A stretch of 64,000 bases of DNA from Bacteroidaceae bacterium (GTDB lineage Bacteria; Bacteroidota; Bacteroidia; Bacteroidales; Bacteroidaceae). Where the stretch lies: assembly GCA_900770655.1 (NCBI GenBank), contig CAAGLA010000034.1, positions 84,351 through 148,350 on the forward strand. The letters are read 5' to 3'. The position numbers were made by a program, and so were the translations under genes. The notes below the pieces were generated by a model. It saw only the letters and a list, made by a program, of their open reading frames with translations. It ran no database searches and was not told the origin of the DNA. Positions 63,169 through 64,000 of this stretch are shown piece by piece. Numbering within the stretch: the stretch's first letter is position 1; the number at the start of each line of letters is the position of its first letter.

Positions 63169-63926
63169 TGTGGGTTCTCGTTTTTAATCCAATCATACCC
63201 GCGTTCTTCGAGTTCCATAACAAGTTCGGGGCCGGCTGTCTTTACAATTCTTCCGTTGTACAGCACGTGTACTATGTCGGGCTTAATGTAGTCGAGGAGA
63301 CGTTGATAGTGGGTTATGACAATGCTCGATGTATCCTCACGCTTTAGTTTGTTTACGCCTTCGGCTACTATTCTCAGAGCGTCAATGTCGAGACCTGAAT
63401 CGGTTTCGTCGAGAATGCTTAGCGTGGGCTCCAGCATTGCCATCTGGAATATTTCGTTTCGTTTCTTTTCGCCGCCGCTGAATCCCTCGTTTACCGAACG
63501 GTTCGCGAGTTTGTTGTCAAGGTTTACAAGCGCACGCTTTTCCCGCATCATCTTCAGGAAATCTGTTGCGTTCATAGGGGCTTCGCCTCTGTATTGCCTT
63601 TTGGCGTTTATTGCGGCACGCATAAAATAGGTTATGCTCACACCGGGAATCTCTACCGGGTATTGGAACGACAAGAAGAGACCTTCGTGGCTTCTGTCCT
63701 CGGGTGATAGGCTCAAAAGGTCCTTTCCTTTGTAGTAGACTTCTCCCTCAGTTACGGTATATGCCGGGTGTCCTACCAGAACATTGCTCAGCGTGCTCTT
63801 GCCCGAACCGTTAGGGCCCATTATGGCGTGCACTTCGCCGGCTTTAACAGTGAGGTCTATGCCTTTAAGTATCTCTTTGCCGTCTATTGTGGCGTGAAGG
63901 TTTTTAATTTCGAGTAAGTTTTCCAT
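63165..63926 (-). CDS. sufC: Fe-S cluster assembly ATPase SufC
   Basis: Walker A GPNGSGKST, the ABC signature FSGGEKKR and Walker B ILDETDSGLD. 4-nt overlap with sufD. Confidence 0.93.
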   Translation of the reverse strand: MENLLEIKNLHATIDGKEILKGIDLTVKAGEVHAIMGPNGSGKSTLSNVLVGHPAYTVTEGEVYYKGKDLLSLSPEDRSHEGLFLSFQYPVEIPGVSITYFMRAAINAKRQYRGEAPMNATDFLKMMREKRALVNLDNKLANRSVNEGFSGGEKKRNEIFQMAMLEPTLSILDETDSGLDIDALRIVAEGVNKLKREDTSSIVITHYQRLLDYIKPDIVHVLYNGRIVKTAGPELVMELEERGYDWIKNENPQ

Positions 63927-63939
63927 AATCGTTCTTTTT

Positions 63940-64000
63940 TCATCCTACTGCGCCTTCGAGTGAGACGCTCAACAATTTTTGTGCTTCAACAGCGAACTCC
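63940..64000 (-). CDS. sufB: Fe-S cluster assembly protein SufB, C-terminal 19 codons only (gene continues beyond the window end)
   Basis: The reverse frame reads ...EFAVEAQKLLSVSLEGAVG-stop (stop at 63942-63940). This matches the conserved SufB C-terminus and the position upstream of sufC. Confidence 0.7.
   Translation of the reverse strand, partial: EFAVEAQKLLSVSLEGAVG

Noticed and set aside
1-64000. Search for CRISPR arrays, tRNA/rRNA/tmRNA genes, IS elements, integrases, toxin-antitoxin pairs and known defence-system signatures
   Set aside because: No spaced direct-repeat arrays were seen. No intergenic region has the GC-rich cloverleaf or structured-RNA character. No transposase-, recombinase-, nuclease- or helicase-like ORFs were recognised. 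The intergenic regions are short and are explained by promoters and terminators. A covariance-model scan (Infernal/Rfam, tRNAscan) would be the decisive check.

Overview
This 64-kb segment reads like the core chromosome of a T9SS-bearing Bacteroidales/Bacteroidota organism. The evidence is a SusC/SusD pair, PorQ, a protein with a T9SS C-terminal sorting domain, and TAnnTTTG-type -7 promoter boxes. I support about 59 protein-coding genes at roughly 90% coding density, and most are housekeeping. They include a TamB-like fragment, an SLC13 permease, the cluster sigma-54 activator-lptE-secG, DUF349, rsmA, mgtE, pepD, meaB, 5-formyl-THF cyclo-ligase, porQ-cmk-ispH-pfkA, tonB, a polyprenyl synthase, tatD, DAHP synthase/chorismate mutase, a two-gene ABC importer remnant, ilvD-ilvB-ilvN-ilvC, a PASTA protein-rluD, a GH25 lysozyme, PPi-PFK, and sufB(partial)-sufC-sufD-sufS-rnhB. 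I saw no rRNA, tRNA, CRISPR array, integrase, transposase or prophage signature. The parts not explained by housekeeping are listed here. (1) A self-contained two-gene unit at 44056-47006 encodes a secreted protein with an acidic region, a Trp/Tyr/His-rich core and a long Arg/Ser/Gly/Asn tail, followed by a FadL/PorV-like beta-barrel. This is my best candidate for something undescribed. (2) A CAZyme-free SusC/SusD locus is wired to two thioredoxin-fold lipoproteins, an orphan lipoprotein and an esterase-like lipoprotein (11862-20690), with a T9SS cargo gene just downstream. (3) A five-gene envelope operon (47094-52068) includes a 54-aa two-TM ORF that falls below the ORF-track cutoff. (4) An Ile/Leu-rich 15-codon leader ORF plus an intrinsic terminator lie immediately upstream of ilvD, forming a candidate attenuator. 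All family assignments rest on motifs I read by eye. No database search was possible, so family names carry the stated uncertainty.
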